DNA of 64,000 bases from NCBI GenBank assembly GCA_951406725.2, contig OX597818.1, forward strand, positions 35,588,001-35,652,000, read 5' to 3'. This DNA is from Octopus vulgaris (taxonomy: Eukaryota). Shown here in pieces: positions 27,167-42,964 of this stretch (its first letter is position 1; each line of letters begins with the position of its first letter). The translations under genes and the position numbers were made by a program. Under the pieces are notes generated by a model, which worked only from the letters and a program-made list of their open reading frames with translations, was not told the origin of the DNA and did no database searches.

Positions 27167-28046
27167 ACATGTGTGTGTGTGTATTGAAGAGATTTAAATG
27201 TTTTGATTGGGGAAGTTCAGTTAAGCTGATGAGGTCTTCCTCGATAAAGAAGAAACCATGCATTTGTGGTGCGGTAGAATTATTCCTCCACGATGTCGAT
27301 TGCGATTTTGACTAAATAGCATTTGACTGTTTATTAAGGACAGAACTTTGCTACGTGGCATCATAGTTCTGAAGCAGAACAAATGTTAGCTTCATCCTAA
27401 CCGAGCATAATCCCACCAGCTTGAATGAAATTCTTTGCAGAAAAGAAAAAGAAAAAAGAAAAAGAATTAATGTTCCTGATTGCCTCGGATTCGATTGTGG
27501 AGGGTATCTCGTTTTTCTACTGTATTTTATTTAAAATTTTATGTCCATCTAAATAGAAATATCTATGAGCTGTACAGGTCAGATACATGAATATCATATG
27601 TAAGGCTATAGATAACGGACAAAAGAAATATAATATTTCTTCTTATTTATCCATAACTCTGTTTGAATCTCCGCTCTCTATTTTGAATTGAAAACTATTA
27701 CATATGATGGAAGGTTAAATCTTGCTCATCGTACATTATAAAACACTAAACTTTAACTGAATTCAAACTTTCATTGAACGCTAAATAATTCTTCTATCCC
27801 ACTCCTATCAAAAACAGAGAAGACAGTGAACTGTTCTACAATATAGAAAGCAGTAAAACAGAAAATAAGACGCGAATTCTAGAAATACATTTATGTATTA
27901 GTTTTGTAAGATTCTTAATGTGAAATCTTATGCTTAGAAAACTACTACAAATCTTATTTATTATATGTATTTATATTACTAGCTATTCATATTTGTAGAT
28001 ATAATTGTGTGTATGCATGTATATATATGTATTATGTATGTATGTA

Positions 28047-28138
<92 letters not shown>

Positions 28139-28188
28139 CCTCTCTCTCCCTCTCTCTCTCTCTCTTTCTCTGTCTATATATATATACA

Positions 28189-28450
28189 ACAATTATTCGG
28201 TAGCCATGATAAAACTCCGAGTTTCGGATGCCGAGGTGGAAATCCACGCCGCCATCTTTTCAGTTATCCGGCCATTTTTCCGATAGCCGGATAACTGAAG
28301 AGATGGTGGCGTGGATTTCCTCCCTGGCATCCGAAACTCGGAGTTTTGTCATGGCTGCCGAATAATTGTCACAAATTACATTTACAGATAAATTCCTTTA
28401 TTTACATAGAGGTCTATTTCATTCTTTTGTTGCCTTACCATTTTTATCAA
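28189..28450. mobile_element. Fold-back element, copy 1 (84-bp arms, 13-nt loop, 28189-28369), with hammerhead motifs on both arms and an AT-rich tail
   Basis: Near-perfect inverted repeat; the right flank matches the reverse complement of the left flank of the copy at 49.6-49.9 kb. Confidence 0.88.
28290..28350 (+). ncRNA. Hammerhead ribozyme-like motif (right arm of the fold-back element)
   Basis: GAUAA CUGAAGA GAUG...CAUCC GAAA CUC-G-GAG UU UUGUC: intact core, 5-bp stem I with one G-U pair, one extra C at stem II, GUU triplet. Confidence 0.6.
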
Positions 28451-28823
28451 TATATATATGGATGCAGGTAGATATGTATATTATTTTTGTATTAAAGTAT
28501 AATAAGTCTAAGCAACAGAGCAAAACTGCTGTAACAAAACTGTTGTAACAGAACAAAACTGTATTAAATTAGAGCAGCAGGGGGTATCATTCAGTTAGTT
28601 ACCATTCACGCTATTCTGACTTGCCTGAGACTAATTTTCTCTTATTCAGCCAAGTTCACTTAAATAACACCCGTTCGTGTGACGACGATGATGGATGAAT
28701 CACATATCGTACTAACTACTATCCACTTCGTCAGGTAGATTAGCCGGTGATCGACCACCATTCTAACTTCCTTTTTCGAAAGACACCTTTAGGTGTCACT
28801 CGTGATGCCACAGAGGTTTAATC

Positions 28824-29220
28824 CAGGGGTTCTCAACGAGGCTTTATATCTATGGACCCTTTTGATTATTAGTTTATTCTGGTGTCCCCCACTCCCACTA
28901 GCCATTCGATGTTTAGAAATTAGTTTTATAGAATGTTATTTATTAATGGTTTCACTCATTAATTTGTGTAGTTCGAACTATGTATAATGTTAAAGAAAGA
29001 AACTTTGATGTTTCTTGTAATATATGCCAATACATATATCTAAAGCAAAATTTTTTCAGGGGCCCTTAAAATACCCTTGTAGATCTCCAAATTACTATTT
29101 TGTTGTGTGGGCCCCCAAAAATCATATATAGATCCTTAGGGGCCATATAGTTTAATCTATAATTTTTTTCCTTAGGCCGTAGGTTACAATCTGGAAAAAA
29201 GTTTTATTGGAGAAAACCCT
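28824..29220. mobile_element. Possible decayed hAT-type MITE
   Basis: Left end CAGGGGTTCTCAAC is typical of hAT/Charlie TIRs; the right end (GGAGAAAACCCT) matches only weakly. Confidence 0.4.
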
Positions 29221-29458
29221 AATGCATGATAAAAAAAGAAAAGAAAAACGACAGTATGGTTATGCTTAATATGCTTTTGAGCTTATGAGATTTTGATAAA
29301 GAGCCAAGTTGGGAATAAACAAACAATAATATAAATATTCGTAATGAACTAGTCGTTCTTCGTGTCAAACGATATAATTGCAGGAATGTTCCTGCAGAAT
29401 CATGACCGCGATCTGAGACGTAGGTGAAGTTTGAAATACTGCTTAACAAAACACATTC

Positions 29459-29545
<87 letters not shown>

Positions 29546-29572
29546 TATATACATATATATATTCATACACAT

Positions 29573-29623
<51 letters not shown>

Positions 29624-30203
29624 AATACATTGGAAATAATTTTGCCCAATAGTTGTCTTCTACTATTTCAGTTGAATTCCTGCCTGTACTGAGTTCAAAT
29701 TTGGCGGTAGTTATTACTTTATTTTGTTCATTTTACCTCTCCCGGGTTTATCAGCGAAAGACCTTCTGCACTCTGTACTCCCTAAAGCACAAACACATTT
29801 ATGTTCTTGTATCAATAAAATAAATCAATAATTTAATTGAATCTATTGTTAGGAAATTATTCAAATTTGACGACTGAATTCATTAAAATACTGATTTTGT
29901 TTGATGAATGGAATAGGAAAGAACGAAAGAGGTTGTAAAATGCTTGCTGCAAGTTTTCGAAAGAACGTTGCTTTTAGCTGTAGTTATTCACATGGTTTTC
30001 TGTTCCTAGTATGTTATTTGTCCACATGTCACTACTTGGATGTCAAAGTCACGGTTATTTTATACGAGCAGAGAATTAAACTAGTGTTATTTTGAACAAG
30101 AGTGAGTCGTATGGCATTTTAGAGAGAGTGCAATGAGAACCCATAGCCTTCCTGTCACCAAACTTTGAGCATTATGTAAGGTCAATATACTTCATAAGCC
30201 CAA

Positions 30204-30405
30204 GGCGGTGAGCTGGCAGAATCGTTAGCACGCCAGGCGAAATTTCGTCCGTCTTCACGTTCTGAGTTAAAATACCGCCAAAGTGGACTTAGTCGTTCAT
30301 CCTTTTGGAGTCGATAAAATAAGTACCAGTTGAATACTGGAATCGATGTAATCATCTTACCCTTCCTCGCAATTGCTGGCCTTGTGACAAAATTTGAAAT
30401 CAATA
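30204..30405 (+). mobile_element. SINE family B
   Basis: GGCGGTGAGCTGGCAGAATCGTTAGCACGCC...TCGATAAAATAAGTACCAG. Confidence 0.88.
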
Positions 30406-31185
30406 TATTTAATAAGCCAATGAGAAAACCACTGCATGGTCATTCGGCTAGGTAGAAATAGCAACCAAATGCATGCCTCTCAAATCGTACCTTATCGTAT
30501 ATACTGAAAAACAGTAGGAGAAATTTCGAAAAACACACACACACAAAGAGCGAGGCAATGGTTTTAGGTGATACATGTTTGATCGTAGGTCTACTTGACC
30601 AGGACTGCTCCGATGTTAAACATCAGTACAAACTGTTGTTGTTGTTCAAGTCCACCTAACTGTACACAAGGTTTTATAGTTCACCTAGCGTAATGCAAGG
30701 TTGTATAGTTTACGACTGTATCCAACAGAAACATTGTGTAATTGAAGAGCGTTTTCTTAGCCTGTAGTTTTGTGTGCAAATCCCTCACCGTCACCACCAG
30801 TGAATGTAAGTTATTGAGTGTTCAACTCTATCAATCTGACTGCTCCTGTATTTGTATTAAGTCGAAATTTTCAGTATCATATCAAGTTCAATTTGATGGT
30901 CACCAACACTTGCATGCTAGCATACATTTAAGCTGATATATCCATTAAGGTTGCTCAGATGTGCTGGGTAGCGATAGAACTCACAATTATTATTTACAAC
31001 TCACTAAAATATCAGGCGCTTCATAAAACATTGTAAATATCATAAAATCGCCCAATTGACAATCACCAGCGTGTCGAACAAATTCGTTGCATTAATTGTT
31101 GCCTCTTTGTGATCAAAACCCACCGAAGCCAGCTTTACCTTTCATCCTTTCAGGGTCGATAAATACAGGACCAAAGAAGCACTGA

Positions 31186-31558
<373 letters not shown>

Positions 31559-31862
31559 GTTGCGCTGTGAGAGATTTCGTGATGACCATTCACGGTATTC
31601 CTTTCACCCAAGAAACGGGAAAAGGGAAGGCAGGTGAGGTACCTGGCTATCTCTTCACATCTTTCGTGCTACAATGAAACTACAAAGAAACCAGAGAAAT
31701 CGGTGGGCGTCGACGAACAGATGACAGAAAGTAAACTAGCGTCAATTGTAACTTGATGCAAATGCGATGAGGAAATAATCTCAAGTTAATCAACAGATGC
31801 CATTAAGAAAAGAAAGCAGTCATTTTTCGACAAGAAGGTTGCTGTGAACATACACACACACA

Positions 31863-31893
<31 letters not shown>

Positions 31894-31907
31894 GTACACA
31901 CACACAC

Positions 31908-32014
<107 letters not shown>

Positions 32015-32324
32015 CATACTTGTCCATAAATACACATATATATTGTTAATTAACCTAATATTAAATAAAAAAAAAACTGATTTTAATTTAGAGCATTTCT
32101 TTGTTAATTCCTCGTACCTAATGGCAACTTTGCATTTTCTAAGAAGAAATTCACCCCCTCACCATCAACATATTCATGAAGAGTCAGTGAAATAGCATTT
32201 ACGTCATGAGTGGAGAGCTTCCCGCCTGCAAAGCTAATTTCGCCAACGTCACAGTTTGAAAATAACAAAAATCGTTAAGAATCCTTATAAAATAAATGGT
32301 ATCAGCCTTGAGAATATTCCTTTC

Positions 32325-32564
32325 TTCTTTTATTCTTTTATTCGCTTCAGTCATTTTGACTGCGACCAGACTGGAGTACCGCCTTTAGTCGAGCAAATCG
32401 ATCCCTGGACTTATTCTTTGTAAGCCTAGTACTTATTATATTGCTCTCTTATGCCGAACCGCTTAGTTACGGGGTCGTAAGCACACCAGCATCGGTTGTC
32501 AAGCGATGTTGGGGGACACATACACACAAACATATACACACACATACACACACACATACATACA

Positions 32565-32598
<34 letters not shown>

Positions 32599-32612
32599 CA
32601 TACATACATACA

Positions 32613-32703
<91 letters not shown>

Positions 32704-32856
32704 GACGGGCTTCTTTCAGTTTCCGTCTACCAAATCCACTCACAAGGCTTTGGTCGGCCCGAGGCTATAGTAGAAGACACTTACCCAAGGTGCCACGCAG
32801 TGGGACTGAACCTGGAACCATGTGGTTGGTTAACAAGCTACTTACCACACAGCTAC
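32325..32856 (-). mobile_element. SINE family A, near full length
   Basis: Consensus match with internal (CATA)n(TA)n. Confidence 0.92.
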
Positions 32857-33905
32857 AAACCAGAAATTTAATAAAAGTTACCCACTCTGAATTCGTAAAA
32901 ATTAAAAATTCAATTATAAATTAAAGATTTGACTGTAGAATTGAATTTTTGAGCACAGATCTGAACCAAAAGGTTCTTATGCATTTATATTTAACATTCA
33001 TAGTTCTAAAAAGGATTTCGTAACTCGACTTTCTGTTGTTGCTCGATCTGCTGAACAGTAGCAAAATCTCTCTCAACTCATACACAGTAGCGTCTTAAAA
33101 CGTGAACATGCCATATTGGATAAATTAGTTAAATCGAACATTGTCGGAGAAAAGGTCAGAGGGGACAAAGTTCACAGACCTTTGATTATAGATCTGTGCC
33201 TTCAGGGATGACTAGGACCAGAACAACTATAAGAATAACGTCTTGATAACGAGTCAGCAATGAAGATTTTTACCTAGTCACTCAATCTAATAGATATAGC
33301 AACCGAATGCGGTTGAGAAATATTGCCTACGACTGTCCAGGGGAATTTCTTGTATTTCGGGAACGTCATAATTCGAAAAGTCATTTTGAAATTTTATAAA
33401 AGATAAATAGAGGGCGCGATTGTCGCAGTCAGAACGTTTTTGATCGTTGGTTTCATTTTTAGAGCTGACTTTGACTTAACTACTTCAACATTCAAAGTAC
33501 TTGGTAACCTAAACTACGCGTACATGTGTATGAATTATACTTAGCTTCAATTTCAACCAATTTTATAGAGACAACTCTTCACTATTTATTTCGCTCAGAG
33601 AGATCCATTTGAGGATACCTATATTCAGTGCTGGTCTACGCGTGGATGTGTGATTTATATTTGACTTCAATTTCAATCAATAAAATCAAGAAATTTCTTT
33701 CTTATAGTATTATGTTGATATAGATAACCAATACGTACAATTTGCTCAGATAGGCCATTCCAAAGATATCAATACTGAGCCGCTATTTTTTAAAAATCTT
33801 TACAGTAGTATGGTGTTGTGTGCTCGTGTTCAAAACGAATTCACAAGTTCGGTTTCTGTCATTAACTTCTCATTGCATTTTTACGTTACACACTTCAATA
33901 AATAT

Positions 33906-34200
33906 CGACCAAAGCCTTGTGAGTGGATTTGGTAGTCGGAAACTGAAAGAAGCCCGTCATATATATGTATATATATATATGTATGTGTGTGTACATGTTT
34001 GTGTGTCTGTGTTTGACCTCCCAGCATCGCTTGACAACCGATGGTAGTGTGCTTACGTCCCCGTAACTTAGCGGTTCGGCAAAATTGACCGATAGAATAA
34101 GTACTAGGCTTACAAAGAATAAGTTCTGGGGTCGATTTGCTCGACTAAAGGCGGTGCTCCAGCATGGCCGCAGTCAAATGACTGAAACAAGTAAAAAAGG
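33906..34200 (+). mobile_element. SINE family A, 5'-truncated
   Basis: Consensus match. Confidence 0.9.
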
Positions 34201-34705
34201 AAAGATATGTGTATATATATATATATACATACATGCACACACACATATACATATGTATGCATATATATCAATACACAGACAGGGCCGGAATTTATATATA
34301 TATATATAAGAGAGAGAGAGAGAGAAGTAGATATAGACACATATATACATATACATTTGTATGCTTGTGTGGGTGTGTGTAAGGGACAGACGGATAGACA
34401 GACAGCGCGACAGGTGTACAATGTTATAAAAAGAAACTGGCGCTTTACTAAGGAGTTTTTCTGTAAGTCAATTCAGTTTATGAAATATATAACAATTCAT
34501 TCATAGAAGAGATTGTAGGGAACAGCTGACGACCACACTCCGCGTGAGAATCTCTTTTGTTCGTAAAAACGTTTCGTTTCAACCGAACATGCGAAAAAAG
34601 CGCTTAAATGGCGTCACAGCCTGACAAACAGGCCCCGACGAAAAATACAATAAACATTGTGTATCCATCAAGGCGTGTATCTACATACAGGTATAAGTGT
34701 GTGCG

Positions 34706-34807
<102 letters not shown>

Positions 34808-35017
34808 TTGAATGTTTCCTTGTTTGTATTTATGCTGTGTCCTTGTGTTTTCCTTTCATACTAATACCTCTTCCGAATGTGTAAGAGAACAATGAAATCA
34901 ATGAAACATGTACTAGTGACGATATGATCGGAGATAAGTCCGACAGTGCTGCCTCACCGTGGTCGCATTGAAAGCGTAAATGCTTATATGTGTATGCTGT
35001 GTTATCTCTCTCTCCTT

Positions 35018-35108
<91 letters not shown>

Positions 35109-35196
35109 CATCATTTTCTAATGGCGGTGCCTCAGCATGGCCACAGCTCGTGAACTGAAACTAGATAAAATAAAATAAAATTAAAAAAATAAAATA

Positions 35197-35463
35197 TAAC
35201 GTCCGTTGTCCATGTTGACTTGGATTGGACGGTTTGACATCGGCTGGTAAGCTGAGGGTCTACAGAAAACTCCATTCTGATTTGGCATGGTTTCTACAGC
35301 TTGATGCCCTGCCTGGTGCCAACCACTTCGAGAGTGTAATGGGTGCTTTTGAATGCCACCAGCAAGGATGCCAATTTCGTGACACCAGTATCTTCCACGA
35401 CTACGATTTCACTTGGCTTCAGGGGTCTTCTTCTCAAGCACGGCATATTGCCAAAGGTCTCGG

Positions 35464-35466
<3 letters not shown>
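35197..35466 (-). mobile_element. Diverged SINE/LINE 3' tail, probably RTE-related
   Basis: TTTCTACAGCTTGATGCCCTGCCTGGTGCCAACC resembles the GGATGCCCTTCCTxxCGCCAACC tail motif of invertebrate RTE-partner SINEs (from memory). Confidence 0.5.
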
Positions 35467-35521
<55 letters not shown>

Positions 35522-35597
35522 ATAAGATCGTTATTTAAAATGCCTATCATATCAAGTGGCCAGCATGGGAATAAAAACCTTATAGGTATTAATCAGT

Positions 35598-35833
35598 ATT
35601 AAAATTATAATTAAGGGCATCTAAGAGATACCACCATGCTAAAGATAGCAGTCAAAACTTGACTCTAAAACCCCATCATGTATTGGATATCCAATAATTT
35701 TTTGCTAGTTTATTTGTCTTTTTGTCTTTTCACCTGGTGCTATATGAATATATGATGTGGTTTTAGAGTCATTATTTGACTGTTATCTTTAGCAAGGTGG
35801 TATCTCTTAGATACCCTTAATTATGATTTTAAT
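35598..35833. mobile_element. MITE-like fold-back with ~85-bp inverted arms
   Basis: ATAATTAAGGGCATCTAAGAGATACCACC...GACTCTAAAACC is mirrored by GGTTTTAGAGTC...GGTGGTATCTCTTAGATACCCTTAATTAT. Confidence 0.8.
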
Positions 35834-35839
35834 TATTAC

Positions 35840-35902
<63 letters not shown>

Positions 35903-36189
35903 TACATACACACACACTCATATATATATACATACATACATATATACATACATATATACATATATAATACATACATATATAATACATATATAATACATAC
36001 ATATATAATACATATATAATACATACATATATATATATGTATATATATATATATACATATATATATACATATATATACATATATATATACACACACGCAC
36101 ACACACATACATAGAAACACACAAATATATACACACATACATATAAACGTGTGTCTTTGTGTGTTATATATTATGTACGTGTATGTCAG

Positions 36190-36222
<33 letters not shown>

Positions 36223-36753
36223 CACATATATACATACACACATACATACATACATACATACATACATACATACATACATACATACATACATACATACATA
36301 CATACATACATACATACATACATACATACATACATACATGTATATAGTATATGTAAACTGTTGTCAACAACAGATACACAAAAGCATCGGTGCCACATGT
36401 TGCATAAGCTGAAGTTACTTGTTTTGCCTTACCTTTGTTATTCTAACCAGATTTTATAGATTATCTATCTGTCTGTCTATCTATTTATTTATCTATCTAT
36501 CTATCTATCTATCTATCTTATCTTATCTTTCAATCTATCCATCTATCTATGTGTGTGTGTGTGAGTGCATATGTATATATCTATATATATTATATATGTA
36601 TATATATATGTATGTTTGTGTATGTCTGTGTGTGTATATACACTATATAAAATACAGACATATGTCTGTCTCTGTGTATAAACATACGTCCTACATATAT
36701 TCACACACACACACACACAGACATTTATATAACACAAGATTATGTATGTTTAA

Positions 36754-36948
<195 letters not shown>

Positions 36949-37043
36949 TAGGACATTATAATGATATACATTATACACACACATATGTATAATACAGATG
37001 TATGTGCGTATATATATATAGATAGATATAGATAGATTGATAG

Positions 37044-37074
<31 letters not shown>

Positions 37075-37130
37075 GATATATGGAGATATATGTGTGTGCG
37101 TATATTTACATATATACATATATAGGTCTG

Positions 37131-37197
<67 letters not shown>

Positions 37198-37554
37198 ATT
37201 TATGTATGTTTATATGTATCAACAGTGATACATTTATACAGCCTGTTGCAGTTAATACGAAAAAGAAACTGAAACTGTAGAAAGGTGAGAGTTGTGTATA
37301 TAAAATAAAAAAGATGCGTATATATTAAAGAAATATTGTCTTTTTATATAGAGGCGTAAGAATTACGAGAACATGTTTTGGACGAGCAAATCATACACAC
37401 ATATACACACGCGAAAACACTCACAGGCGGATATAAACAAACAGACACACACACACATATAGAGAGAGATTTAGCGAAAGATAGATATAAATATATACAT
37501 ATAAATATATCTGTAAGTATATATATGCATATATATTTATACTTATATTATTCG

Positions 37555-37621
<67 letters not shown>

Positions 37622-37953
37622 TTGTATGTATGTATGTATGTATGTATGTATGTATGTATGTATGTATGTATGTATGCATTTATGAAGGCATACGCAACTT
37701 GTTTGTGTTTATTGTGTGAGTGTGTGTTTACTTCTATTTTTCTTAGAACTGCTGCGACGCGAAATTTTGATAAGCAAACATTGTAATATCTCAGGTGTTA
37801 ACACACACACACACACACACAGAGAAATATACGCACAAACACACACACATAAACACACACATACACATACACACACACAGAAATATACGCACAAACACAT
37901 ACGTACACACAAACAAACAAACATACACGCACAACAAACAAACGTCCAAACAT

Positions 37954-37990
<37 letters not shown>

Positions 37991-38304
37991 AACAAATATA
38001 CAAACATATACAAGAACGATTGGGCTGAGATGCTGGGGAAACTAAAAGAGTATATGTAATGAAAATATGGAAGGCAATTTCTACTATAAAAAATATTTCC
38101 TTGATCGTATTGAATGGAATATATATATGGAAAGTATGAATCTTACCTGTGTCCCACGTGTAGGAAAGATTCGATAGCTGCCTGCTATAGGTAGTTTGTA
38201 ATACATCCGATGCGTTCACAGAGAGCTGACTATGTCTGTGTGGTTGTACTATGCATGAACGTATAGGGGTGTTAGGGTTAGGGTAAGGGTTAGCATGCGA
38301 ACGT

Positions 38305-38346
<42 letters not shown>

Positions 38347-38588
38347 ATGGGAGTGTTAGAGGAGGAGTATGAAGTTGTTAGTCAGTGTGTCTGCGTATGC
38401 CTTTGTGTGTGTGTGTGTGCGTGTGTGTGTGCGCGCATGTGTGTCTGTGTGTGAGTCTGTGAAGTGTCTGTCAATGTCTGTATGTGTCTGCTGTTGTCAC
38501 TGTTTGTTGTATAAAGGTTTCGTCTGTTGTGTGCGAGCCTCTGTGTGATTGTGTGACTGATTAGAAAGGACAGCTTATATGACTTCTG

Positions 38589-38631
<43 letters not shown>

Positions 38632-38853
38632 GCGTGTGTGTATGTGTACTTTATATACATGCGTGTATATTTATGTAAATATTAGAAGTTGAAGCTAATT
38701 GTATGTATGCATGCGTATATATATATATATATATATATATACGCATACATACTATTATTTTATTTTGTATGTCGATCTATCAATCGATCAACTTATCTAT
38801 CTATCCGTCTGTCTGTCTGCCTATCCATCCATCCATCTGTCTATCTATCTATA

Positions 38854-38953
<100 letters not shown>

Positions 38954-38979
38954 ATCTCTCTATCATCTATCTATCTATC

Positions 38980-39010
<31 letters not shown>

Positions 39011-39014
39011 CTAT

Positions 39015-39190
39015 TTCATTCTGTCGTTACGTTCTGAGTTCAAATTCCGCCGAGGTCGACTTTGCCTTTCATCCTTTCGGGGTATAAATAAAGTACCAGT
39101 TTCGCACTGGGTCGATGTAATCGACTTAATCCCTTTGTCTGTCCTGGTTTGTCCCTTCTATGTTTAGCTCCTTGTGGGTAGTAAAGAAAT
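39015..39190 (+). mobile_element. SINE family B body embedded in (CTAT)n
   Basis: GTTCTGAGTTCAAATTCCGCCGAGGTCGACTTTGCCTTTCATCC...GGGTAGTAAAGAAATA. Confidence 0.9.
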
Positions 39191-39217
39191 ATATCTACTT
39201 ACCTACCTGTCTACTTC

Positions 39218-39271
<54 letters not shown>

Positions 39272-39272
39272 C

Positions 39273-39322
<50 letters not shown>

Positions 39323-39339
39323 ATATTTATCTATCCATC

Positions 39340-39382
<43 letters not shown>

Positions 39383-39478
39383 AAAACCAAAACCCCTTTT
39401 TTTTATCCCCCAAAAGAAATGCTCTACCTTGTAATTTGTCCCGTCTGTGTGCAGCCCTATGTGGCTAATAAAGAAACA

Positions 39479-39560
<82 letters not shown>

Positions 39561-39979
39561 CCCATCTGTCTGTCTGTGTATCTATTTCCCTGTGTATCTC
39601 TCTGTCTATCTATCTACTTATCTATCTACATACATACATACATATATGTGTATGTGAGTGCGTGTGTGAGTGTATATTGATTACGAGCAATATGTAAGCG
39701 CATATGTGTGTTTGTGTGCCACCGCGCGTTTTGTCCTTGTCTTGCTGTCGGTCGATATGATATTGTCATTAATTCTATTGTGTGTACGTACAACTATGAG
39801 TGTGTTATATGTGAGTTTCCATACATGTATGTGCTTGCATTTATGTGTGTTACGCGTACCTGAGTGCGTACGTACGTTTTATGTAAGTCTCTACGAGTAT
39901 TACTAACTCCGTGTGTTGTGTCCCGTTATGAGATCAGTGAGTGTCACTGCAAGCTTTTTCGAGTATGAGAAATATTGAT

Positions 39980-40035
<56 letters not shown>

Positions 40036-40283
40036 AGTGTGTGTGTTTATGGATGTCTGCATATTACTTTATATAATGTTTGCTTTATTGTTTATATTTT
40101 TTAGCCTACCTGTCAGCTCTAGTCGATCAAATCTACGATCAAAGACTTTCCAAACTTGACCATCACGCCATTTTGTATGACCGGGACTATACCTACCATC
40201 TGAAGTGTCCTTCCTATCTCAAACTATTCACCTAGATTTGACTACTATTTCTAGCACCACGTAGGAGCACCCTTCCTTCACTA

Positions 40284-40315
<32 letters not shown>

Positions 40316-40464
40316 CGGGCGTGATTGAGTTCTTTATTTGCTCTGTGTACATGCTTCTGTGCGTGAGTGCTTTGTATATGTTTGTTTACGAGGTTTACAT
40401 GTTATCTATATGTACGAGTGCATGTATGTATGAAGGTATATACATCTATCTATCTGTCTGTCTG

Positions 40465-40494
<30 letters not shown>

Positions 40495-40495
<1 letters not shown>

Positions 40496-40892
40496 CTTTA
40501 TATATAAAAGTGAAGTTGTGTGTCTGTCTCCTACGATTTAGATTCCTAACTACTCCCACATTTTGCGGTGCAGTGTAACCAAAAGTGGGTATCTTATAGT
40601 CATGATTCATATCAAGCCCTTCTGGGTATTAGCGCGCGTCTACGATGAGTCTACGATTTAAAAAAAAAAATTACCATCATTTTTTTCCATTTTAATGCAT
40701 TTTTTCGCTATTATATAAGGGAAGTAACTCTCTAAAAATGTCTACGATGAGTCAACGATTAAAAAAAAAATTTACCATAATTTTTTTCCATTTTTAATGC
40801 ATTTTTTTTGCTACTTTTTGGCTATAACTCTCTAAAAATGCTTTATAGTTATTTCCCTTACAAACCCGAGCAACGCCGGGCGATACTGCTAG
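40495..40892 (+). mobile_element. Non-autonomous Helitron
   Basis: 5' A|TCTTTATATATAAAA; subterminal GC hairpin CCCGAGCAACGCCGGG; 3' CTAG|T; no TSD; internal tandem duplication of the TCTACGATGAGTC...TAACTCTCTAAAAATG unit. Confidence 0.85.
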
Positions 40893-40924
40893 TATATATA
40901 TATAAACGATTTATGCTATGATTG

Positions 40925-41477
<553 letters not shown>

Positions 41478-41771
41478 GCTTACAACACAGCCACAAGCGT
41501 TCGTGTATGAAGGTGTACGGAGGCGTGCAAAGATGTGTGCATATGAGATTAGGTGTAATGAGTATATTTATATATATTTATATATATACATATATATATG
41601 TTTGTGAGAGTATATATGTGTATCGATAAATCAATGCTTTTATCTCTCTCTCTCTATCTATCTATCTATTTATCTACCCCTTTATATGCATCAAGCTAGC
41701 TACCTATCTATCACTCTCTCTTTCTCTGTATGTGTATATGTGTGTGCGCGTATGTATGTGTGTGTGCATGC

Positions 41772-41839
<68 letters not shown>

Positions 41840-42199
41840 ATGTGTGCGTGTATATATATATACATATATATGTGCGTATGTATGAATGTATGTATGTGCG
41901 TACGTATGTACGTGTGCGTATGTCGGTAGTGAATATTGGAGTTCAGCTATGGGTCCCCATAACAACATCAAGACACCAATTATTCCACAATTTCCGCCGG
42001 TCAATTATTAGCTTCAGTCCTCAGATCTAAACACAACAAGCCTTGCTACACCTGTATTACCTGCCCTACTCATTGTAGTCATTGCTGATTGCTTTAGCTG
42101 CTGTTATCGCTGACGTTGTCATTGTCACCGTAAGTTCATTGTGCCACCGCCATAGTAGTTGTAAAAAGTCGTCGTCGTCGTCGACGTAGTAATAGCAGA

Positions 42200-42221
42200 G
42201 ATAGTAGTAGTAGTAGTAGTT

Positions 42222-42280
<59 letters not shown>

Positions 42281-42503
42281 GGTGGTGGTGGTGGTGGTGG
42301 TGGTGTTGGTGGTGGTATTGGTGGTGGTGTTGATTGTGGTGGTAGTAGTAGTAGTAGTAGTTGTAGTAGTAGTAGTAGTGGTGGTGGTGGTGGTGGTGAT
42401 GGTGGTGGTGGTAGTAGTAGTAGTGGTGGTGTTGGTGGTGTAGGTGGTAGTAGTAGTAGTGGTGGTAGTGGTAGTTGTAGTAGTAGTAGTAGTGGTGGTG
42501 GTA

Positions 42504-42550
<47 letters not shown>

Positions 42551-42575
42551 AGTAGTAGTAGTAGTAGCAGCAGCA
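42200..42575. repeat. (TAG)n/(TGG)n trinucleotide mosaic
   Basis: Direct reading. Confidence 0.95.
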
Positions 42576-42711
42576 GTTGTTTGTATTGACCGTCACAACA
42601 ATCCTTGTACTTTCGCTTTCTTGTACGATGGGGGCCAATCTTGTGCTCACGGACGAAAAGTCATCAAACGGTTGTTGTTACAATTGTTATAATTAGCGGG
42701 TCTCCAAATGT

Positions 42712-42919
42712 GGTGAGCTGGTAGAATTATCAGAGTGAGAGAGAGAGAGGGGGAGAGTGAGAGAGAGAGAGGGGGAGAGTGAGAGAGAGAGAGGGCGGAA
42801 GGGAGAGAAGGGGCACGGCCAGAAAGAGCGAGGGAGTGAGAGAGACAGAGATAGACAGACAGAGAGAGGGCCAGAAAGCGAATGCGTGAGTCTGAAAGAG
42901 AGAGAGAGAGACAGACAGT

Positions 42920-42964
<45 letters not shown>

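Noticed and set aside
42066-42650. His/Tyr-rich 194-aa ORF
   Set aside because: Translation of the (TAG)/(TGG) repeat.
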